64,000 bases of DNA, taken from positions 8,672 through 72,671 of the IMG/VR virus record IMGVR_UViG_3300027969_004705. One strand, given 5' to 3'. A model generated the notes under the pieces. That model made no database searches. It saw only the letters and a list, made by a program, of their open reading frames with translations, and had not been told where the DNA came from. Positions 22,301 to 32,845 of this stretch are shown piece after piece. Position 1 is the stretch's first letter, and the number at the start of each line of letters is the position of its first letter. This DNA is from a virus. Made by a program: the position numbers and the translations under genes.

Positions 22301-23592
22301 ACCACAAATTTTTCAGAAACAGTAGCAACATTATTTTTAAAGTTAATATATATGTATTTATTTTCTCCTATTAAATTAGTGAATGCAGATATATACCAAG
22401 TGTCGGAAATGTAGTAAATTGCGGATTGTTTAGCACTACTTTGTGGGAAATATATAATCCCTATACGAAGAGGTGTGCCCGCGCCTTTTATATACATTTT
22501 AGTAGCAGTAGGAGGAATAGCCTGCTTTAGGCCCGGAGAAGCGATGGTAATAGTTCCAGGTGCAGATACGCCAGCGGTTACGGTGTATTGATTACCGTCA
22601 CCATTAAAGGTAATAATATCACCAACAAGAACATTACCAGTACCTGCAATAATAGGAATAGAAGTAGCACTTACCGCAAATCCTGCTGCTGTAGTAGTGT
22701 ATCCTGTTCCATCACCTTTATTTGGAGGAGGAGTTTCTCCTACACCTCTGCCAGTAGTCGAGTCGTAAGATCCAGGAGAAATTGGTAACGAATTATAGGC
22801 AGCTTTAATAGCAGATAAACAGTCTACAGCAGTAGCACCTGCATTAAAATCATCAAAAGTCGGCAATGCTCCGAAATTTAATACATTTCTAGGACCTTCG
22901 TAAAATCCAGAATCTGCTGTAGCATCGTCTGGATTTGCATATATTACAGCAGACCCTTCATTAAATTTAATATTGACATTTGATGCATATGTGGATAATG
23001 GAAATCCTGAAGTAATTCCAAAATTTCCTTGAGATAATTCTGCAACAGCTGGACTTGATGGAGTGAGTTGTGCGTACTGTAATGCTTTTTTCAATGCATC
23101 CATTCTAGCAGCATTAGTATCAGCAGACGATTCGAATTTTTTGACATTGTTACCTTGTTTCACTAACACATATCCATACTCCGGAGGATTAAAGTCTGAT
23201 ACCCACGCATTCAATCCATTACTATTTAAAATTGGAGATGCATATGGTATGTTTATAACTCTACTAGAAGCTCCGTTAATAGTAGCAGCACCAGCATATA
23301 AAGTAGCATAATTGGTAGTATTTAACTGACCATTAACATCTGAAAATATTAATGTAGTTCCAGTCGGATAATTAACAGGGCTAGGGAGACTATATGTTCT
23401 CGGTCCGGTTAATGTTGCAGTCAAACGCGCAAACGTAGTGCCAGCAGCAATAGTTGCATCAGCATCTCCAAGATTTTGAACTTTAATAGGAAGTAGTCCA
23501 AGTCTGGTTTGACCCCATGCTTGATCACTACTAGTTGGTGTTAGACCTTCGACAAAAAGTCTATCTGCTTCTGGTTTTAAGTATGTACTCAT
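19324..23592 (-). CDS. Tailspike/receptor-binding protein (pectate-lyase-like beta-helix, Gly-rich C-terminus)
   Basis: NVLNFGA...AIKAA...IIYFP...YYIS beta-helix entry motif, beta-helix repeats, and a Gly-rich terminal domain (GGAGGGSG, GGDGAPGLV). Confidence 0.75.
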   Translation of the reverse strand: MSTYLKPEADRLFVEGLTPTSSDQAWGQTRLGLLPIKVQNLGDADATIAAGTTFARLTATLTGPRTYSLPSPVNYPTGTTLIFSDVNGQLNTTNYATLYAGAATINGASSRVINIPYASPILNSNGLNAWVSDFNPPEYGYVLVKQGNNVKKFESSADTNAARMDALKKALQYAQLTPSSPAVAELSQGNFGITSGFPLSTYASNVNIKFNEGSAVIYANPDDATADSGFYEGPRNVLNFGALPTFDDFNAGATAVDCLSAIKAAYNSLPISPGSYDSTTGRGVGETPPPNKGDGTGYTTTAAGFAVSATSIPIIAGTGNVLVGDIITFNGDGNQYTVTAGVSAPGTITIASPGLKQAIPPTATKMYIKGAGTPLRIGIIYFPQSSAKQSAIYYISDTWYISAFTNLIGENKYIYINFKNNVATVSEKFVVYMLSNESNGPGAANTFAAYINNICISGNRSLVNGYNNNNPYSSGLRFSCAQRGTIGFLGIYECGLRGFVTDINGGSVDVGYLNVEGVTRGPGISLNTCYSFAAKQVVCSFINNNQWAKDSDGDYYPSLYAENCRGININAFQAEEVSTGVRLKNCTGVFMPITSTSKYLRTITNVTSGNPIIITSDIPAGLEYTGHGRSTGDKVTIFGVTGIPNANVTNVAISAIDFNRFALSGVSGSGTYISGGQYLPGNNTGVIVTGTDNYELGLDVAFTSYAFVDRGTGQTILGNKDSLVTGRYSWVARLDNRVTFINAGVVKSETSNITIAAPQTLTLQTGTSVPTNTTINTYPLFGSYDNLFQLFSNAGSNSIIEGSGATDSLCIGTGADKPVYIKPNRVTTATFASTSINLSLAAILTADPGTGSPGTLWRSGNDLKIATATVVQPVTGLLGNAFPAWDTGADSGTLSSTAFSSVFYSSGGTIRFSGSRPVSAGLVELFAMVDSGGYSPGPTIYDSASALQVRFRNLSGGDIINYNLAARTVPDFDIVIDWSSTDTVNRHKVWLNGVLQTAAFDSGLNPYSTQNQLRWGEANLSVKHLAYYSTRLGTPLVLGSLANLAVAPMADTLSTTLPLSVGGTGSTTASGARVNLGLGLSSSPIFASLSVTSLSAVNGIFSNITVTNNISSNTANFTSLSAVNGTFSNSVSSKSISATSITVNGTPVAPSPVTYIFQYASNNAGVAVLSGVSTITPPTGWVTCMAEAIQGGAGGGSGRMGAVGTNRLGGTGGGGGWRTVRTIFSANVAAGTWTVTVGAGGAGGAGIPALSANTNGNPGSIGGASGILRGSTPLISAGVNQGGSSVNNGNTGVGGTSATSIGGSISSNAGTGTYAGFTGYGVSASTSGTSTSFNPNGSTGGAGGGSIDTTETVRLSGIGYGGAANGGAANASGGGFAPAAILTGPLYCGIGGSGAGGGTNGGTDGAAGGDGAPGLVTLIFNF
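20219..20321 (-). repeat. 25-bp direct repeat inside the tailspike (TSLSAVNG x2)
   Basis: ccattaactgctgataatgatgtaa at 20219-20243 and 20297-20321 (78 bp period, in frame). Confidence 0.85.
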
Positions 23593-24233
23593 TGAATTTT
23601 AGTTTGTATTTTTAAATTAGTCGTCGGACTATAAATAATTTGCTCATAGGATGGACTATAAAGAAATTGATAACCATTATCCGGATTTATTAATTCGATA
23701 CTAGTTGGCAACTGTAGAATACTGACGTATGTTTGTTTATTTATCTTACCTTCTAGGTTAACAAAAGTATTATTAGTAGATAAAGGAGATATCTGACTGC
23801 TTAGTATACTCAACTCACCAATTTCATCATAATACGACGCATTATATATATTAATAGGCTGTATAAATAAAGTTTTACTACCGTCTTTAAATGTAATTAA
23901 AAACTGAGCCGTTATAAGGCTGTTAAAATTTGATGTTTCTTTAGAATATGTATTTTCATACATACTCATTATTGTACCACCAGGCTTATCAAAAAGAATT
24001 TCATTAAAAATACTTTTATTTTTATAATCATATATTAAATCTCGCTTTATGTGAATATTTTCAGTTGAATTGCCGTAATTAATAACAAGATACGTAGCAT
24101 AATTACTCGCTTCATTTATACCAGTAAGTACAAATGTAATTGAGGTCTTACCTTTAACAGAGACAGTCGGCAGTATTTTCTGCATATCTCCTGTAGTACT
24201 CGTTAAATTGTAATATAAACTAATATTTTTCAT
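23589..24233 (-). CDS. Putative virion protein
   Basis: 214 aa with ATGA overlaps on both sides in the structural block. Confidence 0.6.
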   Translation of the reverse strand: MKNISLYYNLTSTTGDMQKILPTVSVKGKTSITFVLTGINEASNYATYLVINYGNSTENIHIKRDLIYDYKNKSIFNEILFDKPGGTIMSMYENTYSKETSNFNSLITAQFLITFKDGSKTLFIQPINIYNASYYDEIGELSILSSQISPLSTNNTFVNLEGKINKQTYVSILQLPTSIELINPDNGYQFLYSPSYEQIIYSPTTNLKIQTKIQ

Positions 24234-27187
24234 ATTATGATTTGATTTCCAGATAATGTATATGTACCTAAGTTAGATTTTATAGTTGTAAAAGTATAAT
24301 TAACAAAATCTGACGTCCTTACAGTATTATTGTGATTAAAATACTTACAATCAATGAACGTAACAACTTTATTTTGATCAATATTAAAGCTGTAGTCGAA
24401 TAAGTGAAAGAGGTTATTATTATCAGTACATATATAGGTTAGCTTATATATATCGTTTAATGAGTTATAAGTTATTATAGGTTTTTGAATTTTTACTATG
24501 TTAAAGTTCGTCTCACTATTAAACACCGCAGACAAAGTAAATGCACTTGATATAATAGGTATTTGAGAAGTAATTGGGAATATTTTCTCAGTAATATTAT
24601 CAGTAATGTTGTATTGGTATATATCAGGTATAAAGATTTTATTATTATTATTATAAATTTTTATAATATTATCTGCAGTATTTTCTATTATAAGTCCTGA
24701 TAAAGACTGAATCCGAGGATACATAACACAAAATGTAACCGTTTTATTTTTTTCAATAAATAATCTATTAGAGAAAGCTTGTAAAGTAGAGCTTGAACTA
24801 ATAGTATATACAAGATTTGAAGTAGATGGTTTTTGAAAACTCCCATCTTCATATAGAACTTTATCAAAAACAAGGTAATTAGGAGTTTCTATACATATTG
24901 TATTATAGAAAATCTCTAAGTTTTTAGCTGCTGTATATACTTCCGTTTGTACAGCAGTGTTATACTTACTAAACGTGCTAGTAAGTGCAGTAGATAGAGG
25001 AATAGATAAAGTACTTGTGCCTTGCTGTACGAAAATACTACCTTGAAGTCGGTCTTTTACAGCCTGAGACTTTAATTCATTTACACTTGATAAAGGAGAG
25101 AGAGTTGTTAGACCGTAATCATAAACTGTACTATTAAACGGAATTTGATCTTTATAAATATTATCATTCGGTATTACTATTTCATCGGTATAGTAGCCGC
25201 AGTTATATTCTTCGACATTAGCAGCAGAAAGGGCAAACTTTACATCATAAACAAAAGATGCAGTTAAACTCGGTGTTATAGATAGATCTATTGCTCGAGT
25301 CACCGGATTTAAACTTGAAACGCCTGCTTCAGCTAATTCATTATAGTAATAAGTACCATTACCATAATCAGCTGGCCAAGAGGTAGCATAACTATCAGGC
25401 AGTGCTGTATTATCTGCGAACGTAAACTCACCTGCATCTCTAATTTTAGGTATTATATTTCTTGAACTTTGTAATAATTCTGTATATGGTGTAAATTCTC
25501 TAAAGAATAGTGTAAGGTAAGATGAGCTAAGAGACGAAAATCCACTAACACTTAAATTACTTGTAGTATTAGTAGATAAGCCGCTTCTAAAAGTATTACC
25601 AACTACAGAAGCAGTACTATAATTAAAATTTATACCTTCTGTTTCATCACGAAATACGTGACCGTCTAATAGTAAACTTTTAATAGCTTCATCTTCTAAA
25701 GTCTCTACAGATTTAAAAGTATGACCTAGTTTATCTTTAAATAATGCATAACTATTACCATATATATCATACTGTAAAGTAGTTATATAACCTTTATTGT
25801 ATAAATCACTGAAGTTTAAATTTATGTCATTTGTTATAGATTGAGTATATGATTGCTCAGTAGCATAATAAGGTGCAAACGTTTGATCACTACTATTTAT
25901 TTTGGGTGTACCAGTTGCAAATCCGCTTGATACGTTATTTACATCAAATCTATAATCATAAATATATACTAAAGGATAATCTAATTGATTATTAATAGTT
26001 ACGTTCCCATATTTATTTGGATCAGGAAATATATAAATTTTGTTAGGTTCAAGCTTAGTATAATCAATGCTATATGTAAAATTATTAGCATTTAGCTGAA
26101 ATATACCTTGACTATCTGTATTAAAAAACAGACCTAAATTTCTGAGCAATATCGTTTCATTAGACTGTACAGCAGCTGTATTTGCTTGCTGTAGATTGTT
26201 AATGTTATTAGAAGGTGTTTCAGCTCTAACCAATATACCTGTTACTGTAGTGTTATTACTCGTATCTATATAGTGTATATCTGTTCCTAAATATTTCTCT
26301 AATAATTTTTTCCTATATACCGTAACATCAGCAGTAGATAATCCACTTATATCATTATTTTGTAGTAAAGTTAACGGATTATCAGGATTACATATTGCAT
26401 CAAACTTTAATGTAACGTTTACTATTAAAGGTATTTCATTTAAGAATGCAGTACTGCCAAATATTTGCTCATAACTATCACTTAAAAATAAAGCTGTATC
26501 TACTTCATTTATATTTGCAGTATAATAGTTTATTCTTTGTTGATTTGTTTCTGTTACTCTAGGTATGTTAGGTATATCAAAGTAATTACCATATACATCC
26601 ACATATTCGAGTATATCAATATTAAGTGACTCTGTTATACTTGCTAACGATTTACCGAGATCAGAATATTGTGGCTGATCTTGAGCTGCAAATATGTAAT
26701 TATATATACTATCAAATAATCCTTTCTCAATTGATGTAGAACTACCTTTTATTTTATTTCTATCAATAACATACTTTGCATCATCACGCTTTGACTTATA
26801 AAACAAAATAACTTGTCTAATTTTATCAGTAAAAAAGGGTATCGCTACATCTAAATCAGCTGGATCATTAAAGTTAATAGTAGATAAAAATTTACGCTCT
26901 TGATTTGTCGCGTATGTTAGTACTATCTCTTTTAAAAACTCTACATAATACTCAACAAAACTCTTTTGCTCTGTTGTACTACTGGTATTCTTTATTTTTG
27001 CCCAATCTTTTAGATACGATATATAAAAGTTATTATACTCATCTGGAGTATAGTCTACACGTGTTATTGTTATAAACTGTAAAAAAGAATAGGGACTACT
27101 ATTATCTGCAGCAGCTGATTTATCTACATCTGGATTAGTAATCGAGTTACTAATTACTGCAGAACTATATGTTATTACTGATGACAT
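24230..27187 (-). CDS. Large putative baseplate/virion protein
   Basis: 985 aa in the structural block; ATAAATA 6 nt upstream. Confidence 0.6.
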   Translation of the reverse strand: MSSVITYSSAVISNSITNPDVDKSAAADNSSPYSFLQFITITRVDYTPDEYNNFYISYLKDWAKIKNTSSTTEQKSFVEYYVEFLKEIVLTYATNQERKFLSTINFNDPADLDVAIPFFTDKIRQVILFYKSKRDDAKYVIDRNKIKGSSTSIEKGLFDSIYNYIFAAQDQPQYSDLGKSLASITESLNIDILEYVDVYGNYFDIPNIPRVTETNQQRINYYTANINEVDTALFLSDSYEQIFGSTAFLNEIPLIVNVTLKFDAICNPDNPLTLLQNNDISGLSTADVTVYRKKLLEKYLGTDIHYIDTSNNTTVTGILVRAETPSNNINNLQQANTAAVQSNETILLRNLGLFFNTDSQGIFQLNANNFTYSIDYTKLEPNKIYIFPDPNKYGNVTINNQLDYPLVYIYDYRFDVNNVSSGFATGTPKINSSDQTFAPYYATEQSYTQSITNDINLNFSDLYNKGYITTLQYDIYGNSYALFKDKLGHTFKSVETLEDEAIKSLLLDGHVFRDETEGINFNYSTASVVGNTFRSGLSTNTTSNLSVSGFSSLSSSYLTLFFREFTPYTELLQSSRNIIPKIRDAGEFTFADNTALPDSYATSWPADYGNGTYYYNELAEAGVSSLNPVTRAIDLSITPSLTASFVYDVKFALSAANVEEYNCGYYTDEIVIPNDNIYKDQIPFNSTVYDYGLTTLSPLSSVNELKSQAVKDRLQGSIFVQQGTSTLSIPLSTALTSTFSKYNTAVQTEVYTAAKNLEIFYNTICIETPNYLVFDKVLYEDGSFQKPSTSNLVYTISSSSTLQAFSNRLFIEKNKTVTFCVMYPRIQSLSGLIIENTADNIIKIYNNNNKIFIPDIYQYNITDNITEKIFPITSQIPIISSAFTLSAVFNSETNFNIVKIQKPIITYNSLNDIYKLTYICTDNNNLFHLFDYSFNIDQNKVVTFIDCKYFNHNNTVRTSDFVNYTFTTIKSNLGTYTLSGNQIII

Positions 27188-27207
27188 TTAATTTATTTAT
27201 TCATTCA

Positions 27208-29262
27208 TTATTGTATTAGCTGTAAGCCTTTGTATAATTGATTTGATAAAATATTTGAAATTACACCATTTTCTTTCGACCAGTCGTTGTATGAAGATGT
27301 GCTAAAGTTGAGTGTATTATTTTGATCTGTAAAGTTTATAACACTATCATATATAGAGCCCTCTGTCCCTGTTATATATTTATAGAAAGTATAATACTCG
27401 TTAAGTCTTCTACCGCTCGCTGTTGGATCTACTACAAGTCCCCAACCCCAAGTGTTATCATATGCACTTATAACATAAGTTTTAGACATTACCCCAACCG
27501 CACTAACCGGTTGATAAGTGTTTAGTCGTTTATATGTGTTACTATACTTTTCATATGCGACAATATCTTGACCAGCGGTAATTTTATCGTAAATTGATAG
27601 TTCAGCACCTAAATTAAAGCCATATATACTACTATTAACATAGCCATAGTCATTAAAGTTCTCTGCAAACTGATTTCGTACACCAAAAAGTCTACTTTTG
27701 TTTATAGATAGTATGTCTATAAGTCGAGTAAGCTCAGCTGGATAGTTATAGTTAGAGGAATTATACCGCTGATAATCAATATTATATTCTTGGAGAATAG
27801 ATAATAGACTACTAACATTAGCGTAATCTAGCACACTATTATTAGATATAAAGTTAGTAATTTTTTCATATGTAACTTTACCTAAGCTAGTTTGATCTGA
27901 AGAAATAGTTCCTACAGCATAGTCTAAGAATTTATTATATAGATTATAATTATTATTAAACAGTGGTTGAAGAGATATATCTCTAAATTTCTGGCCCATA
28001 TCTATATCTTCTCCATGTTTTGCAATGGTATATACTCCGCTGGATGGATATATGGTAAATGTGCTTGATCTGCCTGTTAAAGAACTACTTCCGATAGTAG
28101 TTCTTGCTGATAAAAATAAATTAGCTGTAGTCTGTGTTGTGGTATATTTAAAAGTACCTTTTAATACACCACTTAAATTGAAATTAGATGAATATACAAA
28201 CTGAGCTGATAATATACTTACACCATTTGTTAATACAACCGTTGTATTAGAACTATTAAGAGATAGACTATTTTTTATTGTATAATTTTCTGTATCTTTT
28301 ACTTTTATAACAAAACTAACAAGAGAATTACTGAACTTTATAGGATTAATATCAAAAGATGCACTTGTATTACCCTCTGCATCTAGTCCATTAGAAGTAA
28401 TTGATAAATGATTATAATCCAGATTTTTAACTACATTCGCAGTTACAGAAGCTGTTGCTGTATTTGTATACGGTAGAAGTTCACTAGGCGAATAACCAAA
28501 GCAAAGTTTAACAGAACTTAATGGCATATCACTTTTAAAGTATACTAAAGCATCACCGGAGGTACCATATAAAAATGAATTTTCATCTGTCTCTAAACAA
28601 TTTATAATTGCCTTACCTGATAACTTACAATATAATTTTTCTGACGTTGTCTTAAATGAAGATATCTCAACAAACTCTGTTAAATCTTTTAACCCTTTCT
28701 CTAATGTATAAAAAGATGAGTATGGATATAAATGATTATAGTAAATATTGTAAGTGCTAGTATCAAAATAGTTATCTGTAGCTCCAGTTGCAAAAGGTAT
28801 TATATCTAGATCATTTAAAGTATTATATGACTGATAAGAAGTAGATCTTATAACTTTAATTGGATTAGTAATTTTACCTGCTGTTAATATTAAATTACTG
28901 CTCGTGGATAATGTTATATTATTTGTAAGGTAATTGTATACTGTAACTTGCTGGGAAAAGGAATCTATATAAGATTCACCAACGTTATCGTATAAATAGC
29001 ACGTTACTTTATATTCACCAGGTAGTAGGTAAGCATGACGACCAGTTACAGACTCTGATATCGTACCATCACCATAATCCCATACTATACGTTTACTTGA
29101 AAATATATCATCAATTCCCTCTAATATAGGTATAAATACAAACTCAGCAAACGGTAGAGCGTAACTTGATAAGGCTAAATTACCAGTATAGTTATATGTA
29201 TAGAAATACGAGTACACTGTATTTATAATTCCATAATCTTGATATCTAGAGGTACTCGCCAT
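27208..29262 (-). CDS. PKD/Ig-domain baseplate-associated protein
   Basis: WDYGDGT...HAYLLPGEYKVT PKD signature; adjacent to gp6. Confidence 0.7.
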   Translation of the reverse strand: MASTSRYQDYGIINTVYSYFYTYNYTGNLALSSYALPFAEFVFIPILEGIDDIFSSKRIVWDYGDGTISESVTGRHAYLLPGEYKVTCYLYDNVGESYIDSFSQQVTVYNYLTNNITLSTSSNLILTAGKITNPIKVIRSTSYQSYNTLNDLDIIPFATGATDNYFDTSTYNIYYNHLYPYSSFYTLEKGLKDLTEFVEISSFKTTSEKLYCKLSGKAIINCLETDENSFLYGTSGDALVYFKSDMPLSSVKLCFGYSPSELLPYTNTATASVTANVVKNLDYNHLSITSNGLDAEGNTSASFDINPIKFSNSLVSFVIKVKDTENYTIKNSLSLNSSNTTVVLTNGVSILSAQFVYSSNFNLSGVLKGTFKYTTTQTTANLFLSARTTIGSSSLTGRSSTFTIYPSSGVYTIAKHGEDIDMGQKFRDISLQPLFNNNYNLYNKFLDYAVGTISSDQTSLGKVTYEKITNFISNNSVLDYANVSSLLSILQEYNIDYQRYNSSNYNYPAELTRLIDILSINKSRLFGVRNQFAENFNDYGYVNSSIYGFNLGAELSIYDKITAGQDIVAYEKYSNTYKRLNTYQPVSAVGVMSKTYVISAYDNTWGWGLVVDPTASGRRLNEYYTFYKYITGTEGSIYDSVINFTDQNNTLNFSTSSYNDWSKENGVISNILSNQLYKGLQLIQ

Positions 29263-29290
29263 TTATTTATATTTATAGTAAGATGAGGTC

Positions 29291-31111
29291 TTAGCTGTTC
29301 TCTATAATTATATTATTAACTATATCAGATACTTTATAGAAATATGCATATTGAAAGTCTTCCAATTTATAATCTTTAGAGGTTATCGTTATGTCATTAA
29401 ACTGATACAACGGATTCCAGATAATAAGACTTAATAAAGGAGTTTCATAAGTAACTCCATCAACAACACGTCTTGTTCCTATTCTTTCAACACCGTAAAT
29501 ATTTAAAATATTGTTTTGTATCTCACTTATACTAACAGTTGATCCTAATAATACTTTATTAAAGGTAGCCTTAAAGACATCTTGTATACTAGATTTTAAA
29601 TTAGATACATTAACAATATTATTACGATCTTTGTATATAACTAACTTTGTTTCAGCTAATACTTCAGTTAGTACAGTTTCACTATTAGATGCAACACCTA
29701 AAGCAAATGCTTTAAAGATAGGATCTGCAAATACTACATTATGGGTAATGTCTTTAATAGCATTACACTCAGTAAGAATTAATTGTTTTTGTGTTGGATT
29801 GGTATAGTTAGGAATTTGCTCATTAATAATTGAGTTCTTTGGTACAGTAAATAAATTGACATTATTAAATGAAGTTGAGTTTGCATACCTAACTTGGTTA
29901 AACAATACTCTACTATCTTCATTAGGTCTATTAAGACCTATATCATAGTAATATTTTAATACTTTACTTGTATATGTATCATTTGATATTGCTTTTACAG
30001 ACTGAATAAATCCATTAAAGTTTTTAGTTATAAAATATTCATAGTCTGCACTTGTAACTAATCTATTTTGTAACGAGAATATTTTAGGAGCATTATTCTT
30101 AATTTCTTCTGCTGTTTCAGCGCTTGATACAGCTATAGATTCATTTAAGTTATTAGCTGTTATATATGATGTATTTAAAGAACTAATAAAATTATTATCT
30201 GCACTATATATATTTGTACTTATTTCACTAAATGTTGGTGTGTTATAGATAATAAAACTACTATTACTTAAACCATTAGCAGATACGTATCCAGCTATAT
30301 CATCAGATTTAATATAAAATATTTGTACTTTATCATCAATTTGAAGTTGTTTGCCGTTTAGTCCGTTACCAAATTTAAATTCATAATTGCCATTCTCATT
30401 ATATCGCTTTTCATACTTTAAACTACCAGCTGACTCTAAGAATAAAGAAGATGTTTCTGTCCATTCCTGCCAAGTGTCTGTATTTCGACTCTTAACAAAT
30501 ATAGTAAATGTATTATCTGCAATAAATTTGTTATCTGCATTAGTTTTAATATCAGTGTTTCTATTAATTATTTTAATAACTTCAAAAGGTTCGCCGATAG
30601 ATGTGTAGACTGGATGCTCTACAATATTACCTTGATAAAGCATACTATTACTAATAGATAATCCTTCATTACTTGCAGTGGTTTTTTCAAACGATATGTC
30701 TTTGAGTGTAGCGTAGCTAACACCATCTTTAGATAAATATGAAAACCTCTTTATAATATATTGACCTACGCCTAGTGAAGATGATCCAGTCAAATCTATA
30801 TTAACAAGTGATGTTTGTTTGCCTGTAGGTTTATAACCAATATTGGATACTAGTTTATTTATGTTTTCATATAATTCTGCTGTTGTAAATGTCGATTCTG
30901 ATGCAGTTGTATTCAAATAAAATAACAATACATGATACATGTACGCTACTATATCTATAAAGGAGTTTATATTTGAACCTTCAAAATTTTGATCTCTAAA
31001 AACTTCAGATTCATTTAATTTATTTATAATTAAAGTTTTTAACGATGTAGCATCAAAAGCCGCATACGCTTCTTGAGGTAAGTTATACTCAGTAAAATTT
31101 TTAACACTCAT
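29291..31111 (-). CDS. gp6: Baseplate wedge subunit (gp6-like)
   Basis: FRDQNFEGSN, ESTFTTA, IGYKP, FKFGNG.NGK, AETAEEIK.NAP, QNRLVT.ADYE. Confidence 0.92.
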   Translation of the reverse strand: MSVKNFTEYNLPQEAYAAFDATSLKTLIINKLNESEVFRDQNFEGSNINSFIDIVAYMYHVLLFYLNTTASESTFTTAELYENINKLVSNIGYKPTGKQTSLVNIDLTGSSSLGVGQYIIKRFSYLSKDGVSYATLKDISFEKTTASNEGLSISNSMLYQGNIVEHPVYTSIGEPFEVIKIINRNTDIKTNADNKFIADNTFTIFVKSRNTDTWQEWTETSSLFLESAGSLKYEKRYNENGNYEFKFGNGLNGKQLQIDDKVQIFYIKSDDIAGYVSANGLSNSSFIIYNTPTFSEISTNIYSADNNFISSLNTSYITANNLNESIAVSSAETAEEIKNNAPKIFSLQNRLVTSADYEYFITKNFNGFIQSVKAISNDTYTSKVLKYYYDIGLNRPNEDSRVLFNQVRYANSTSFNNVNLFTVPKNSIINEQIPNYTNPTQKQLILTECNAIKDITHNVVFADPIFKAFALGVASNSETVLTEVLAETKLVIYKDRNNIVNVSNLKSSIQDVFKATFNKVLLGSTVSISEIQNNILNIYGVERIGTRRVVDGVTYETPLLSLIIWNPLYQFNDITITSKDYKLEDFQYAYFYKVSDIVNNIIIENS

Positions 31112-31113
31112 AA

Positions 31114-31602
31114 TTATTTAAATATATATCCTCCATTATTTAAGGCTGTTTTTAGAGATACACCATAAATGTTTAAAGAGGGTACAGATAGATTTATATC
31201 AATATCATATTCCATATCGTCTATTAAAGCTACAACATTAATATACTCTATTACAACTCTTGGTTCTTGTACAGGTAAACCGAATAAGATTTTTTGAGCT
31301 AAAAAATATGCTTTTACCTCTGATACTGTTTCAAATAAATAATCACGTAAATCGAGTCCAAAAGTTGGATTTAAAAGCTTTTCACCAGGAGATGTAGTTA
31401 GTATATTTTTTAAAGATGTAACAACCGCTTCAATATCATATATTGCTTCTAAATCTTTTACACTATTTGATCGCAGCAGCTCACTTCCTTTTGCACTGTA
31501 TGATGTTTTTAAGTCAAACAGGATATCTTTATATAAGTATCCTGCTTTACGCGCTGTTTCTACTGCTGTTGTTGGTTTAACTATATCTAATCTTATAGCC
31601 AT
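31114..31602 (-). CDS. gp25: Baseplate wedge subunit (gp25-like)
   Basis: SLKNILTTSPGEKLLNPTFGLDLRDYLFE, EPRV. Confidence 0.92.
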   Translation of the reverse strand: MAIRLDIVKPTTAVETARKAGYLYKDILFDLKTSYSAKGSELLRSNSVKDLEAIYDIEAVVTSLKNILTTSPGEKLLNPTFGLDLRDYLFETVSEVKAYFLAQKILFGLPVQEPRVVIEYINVVALIDDMEYDIDINLSVPSLNIYGVSLKTALNNGGYIFK

Positions 31603-31658
31603 TTATAATTATTTAATAACAACATCAGGCATACTATATAAATTAATTGGTAGTTTTA

Positions 31659-31676
31659 AACGAACTAATATATAAT
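31659..31676 (+). promoter_or_regulatory. Early-type promoter motif
   Basis: AACGAACTAATATATAAT, 6 nt before ATG 31683. Confidence 0.75.
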
Positions 31677-31682
31677 TAAATT

Positions 31683-31976
31683 ATGAAAATTCCGGTTACT
31701 TATATTGAAAAGAAAGATATTACTGTTGAAGTCACTCCTATCTCACTTGTAAAGTATCTTGATGAGTATATAACTAACTCATTTAATATGCCTATTGGAG
31801 CATTTATAACGAATGTTAATTCTATGCCTTGTTGGGTGAGAGCTGTATATAGTTCACATGGTCATGATGAATTTGTTCAAACTGCAACAGCAGAAGAAAT
31901 TCAAATTATGGAAGCTTTAAAACTTGTTAGAAGTTATATACGTAGTAAGTCTGCATTACCAGTTTGCGCACGATAA
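31683..31976 (+). CDS. Hypothetical early protein
   Basis: 97 aa downstream of the promoter motif. Confidence 0.65.
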   Translation: MKIPVTYIEKKDITVEVTPISLVKYLDEYITNSFNMPIGAFITNVNSMPCWVRAVYSSHGHDEFVQTATAEEIQIMEALKLVRSYIRSKSALPVCAR

Positions 31977-32228
31977 CGCTTTAGCGGTACCTGGTTTAGC
32001 AGAAGAACATTTATGTCTAGCCCTGAAGGCCTTGCGCTTTTTAGGGTTAGACTTTTTTATTCTTAAATTTGGGTCGCCGTAATGGACACGTTTAAGCTTA
32101 CCGTCTACTCTTACACATCTCATATATTTTTTATCAGATCTAGTAGATGATTGTTGCTTTGTAACTTTTGTACAGCGCGATCCTGCTTTTTCTAGTAAAA
32201 TCTCTGCTACTAGTTTATTAAATTCCAT
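31956..32228 (-). CDS. Small basic late protein (HYGDPN...RKAFRARHKC type), possible capsid-internal protein
   Basis: Motif recognised from small phage proteins; ATAAATA 5 nt upstream; N-terminus MEFNKLVAEILLE. Confidence 0.7.
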   Translation of the reverse strand: MEFNKLVAEILLEKAGSRCTKVTKQQSSTRSDKKYMRCVRVDGKLKRVHYGDPNLRIKKSNPKKRKAFRARHKCSSAKPGTAKALSCANW

Positions 32229-32260
32229 ATAATTATTTATTATATAGCATAAATAAAGTT

Positions 32261-32845
32261 ATGGGGAAAAAATATTTAACTTTAGTTGAGACGTACTTAT
32301 CTAGATTTGAGAGAGGAGGGTTTCTTGTTGGCGACGTATTTAAGTTTAACGATAACTTTAAGTCATCTGAAGCTTATAAAAAGCTAGGTTACAATAGTCA
32401 AGAGCTTATAGATCAAATGATAGAAACTGGTCTACATGTCAGGGTAGTTGGCATAAAGGATACTACTTCTCCAAGATATCCTGGCAATCCTCAAACCTCT
32501 TCTGCTGATGTATCTCTAACTCTTGCTGTCGATAATGGCGGCGGTCGTTATTCTCACTATGTTAATATCTCTCCAGATTTAGGTACTCCTGTTTCTTACT
32601 ATCCTAACTTACCGCCTATTCCTGACGCTGCTATACGTCCAAATAATAATAACGTTAAGCCTAAAGAACTTGAAAAGCAAGACCATATCTCAAATAAAAC
32701 AGATAAAGGTAATGGCAAACTTAGTGATACAAATATTAGTCTTGCTAAGTCTAACACAGACATTAAATCGAGTTCAATTTCTGCAGATCCGGCTGTAAGT
32801 GCAAATAACCACGAATACTTAAAAGGTCTACAAGATTATAAATAA
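32261..32845 (+). CDS. Hypothetical late protein
   Basis: CATAAATA (32248-32255) 5 nt before the ATG. Confidence 0.7.
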   Translation: MGKKYLTLVETYLSRFERGGFLVGDVFKFNDNFKSSEAYKKLGYNSQELIDQMIETGLHVRVVGIKDTTSPRYPGNPQTSSADVSLTLAVDNGGGRYSHYVNISPDLGTPVSYYPNLPPIPDAAIRPNNNNVKPKELEKQDHISNKTDKGNGKLSDTNISLAKSNTDIKSSSISADPAVSANNHEYLKGLQDYK

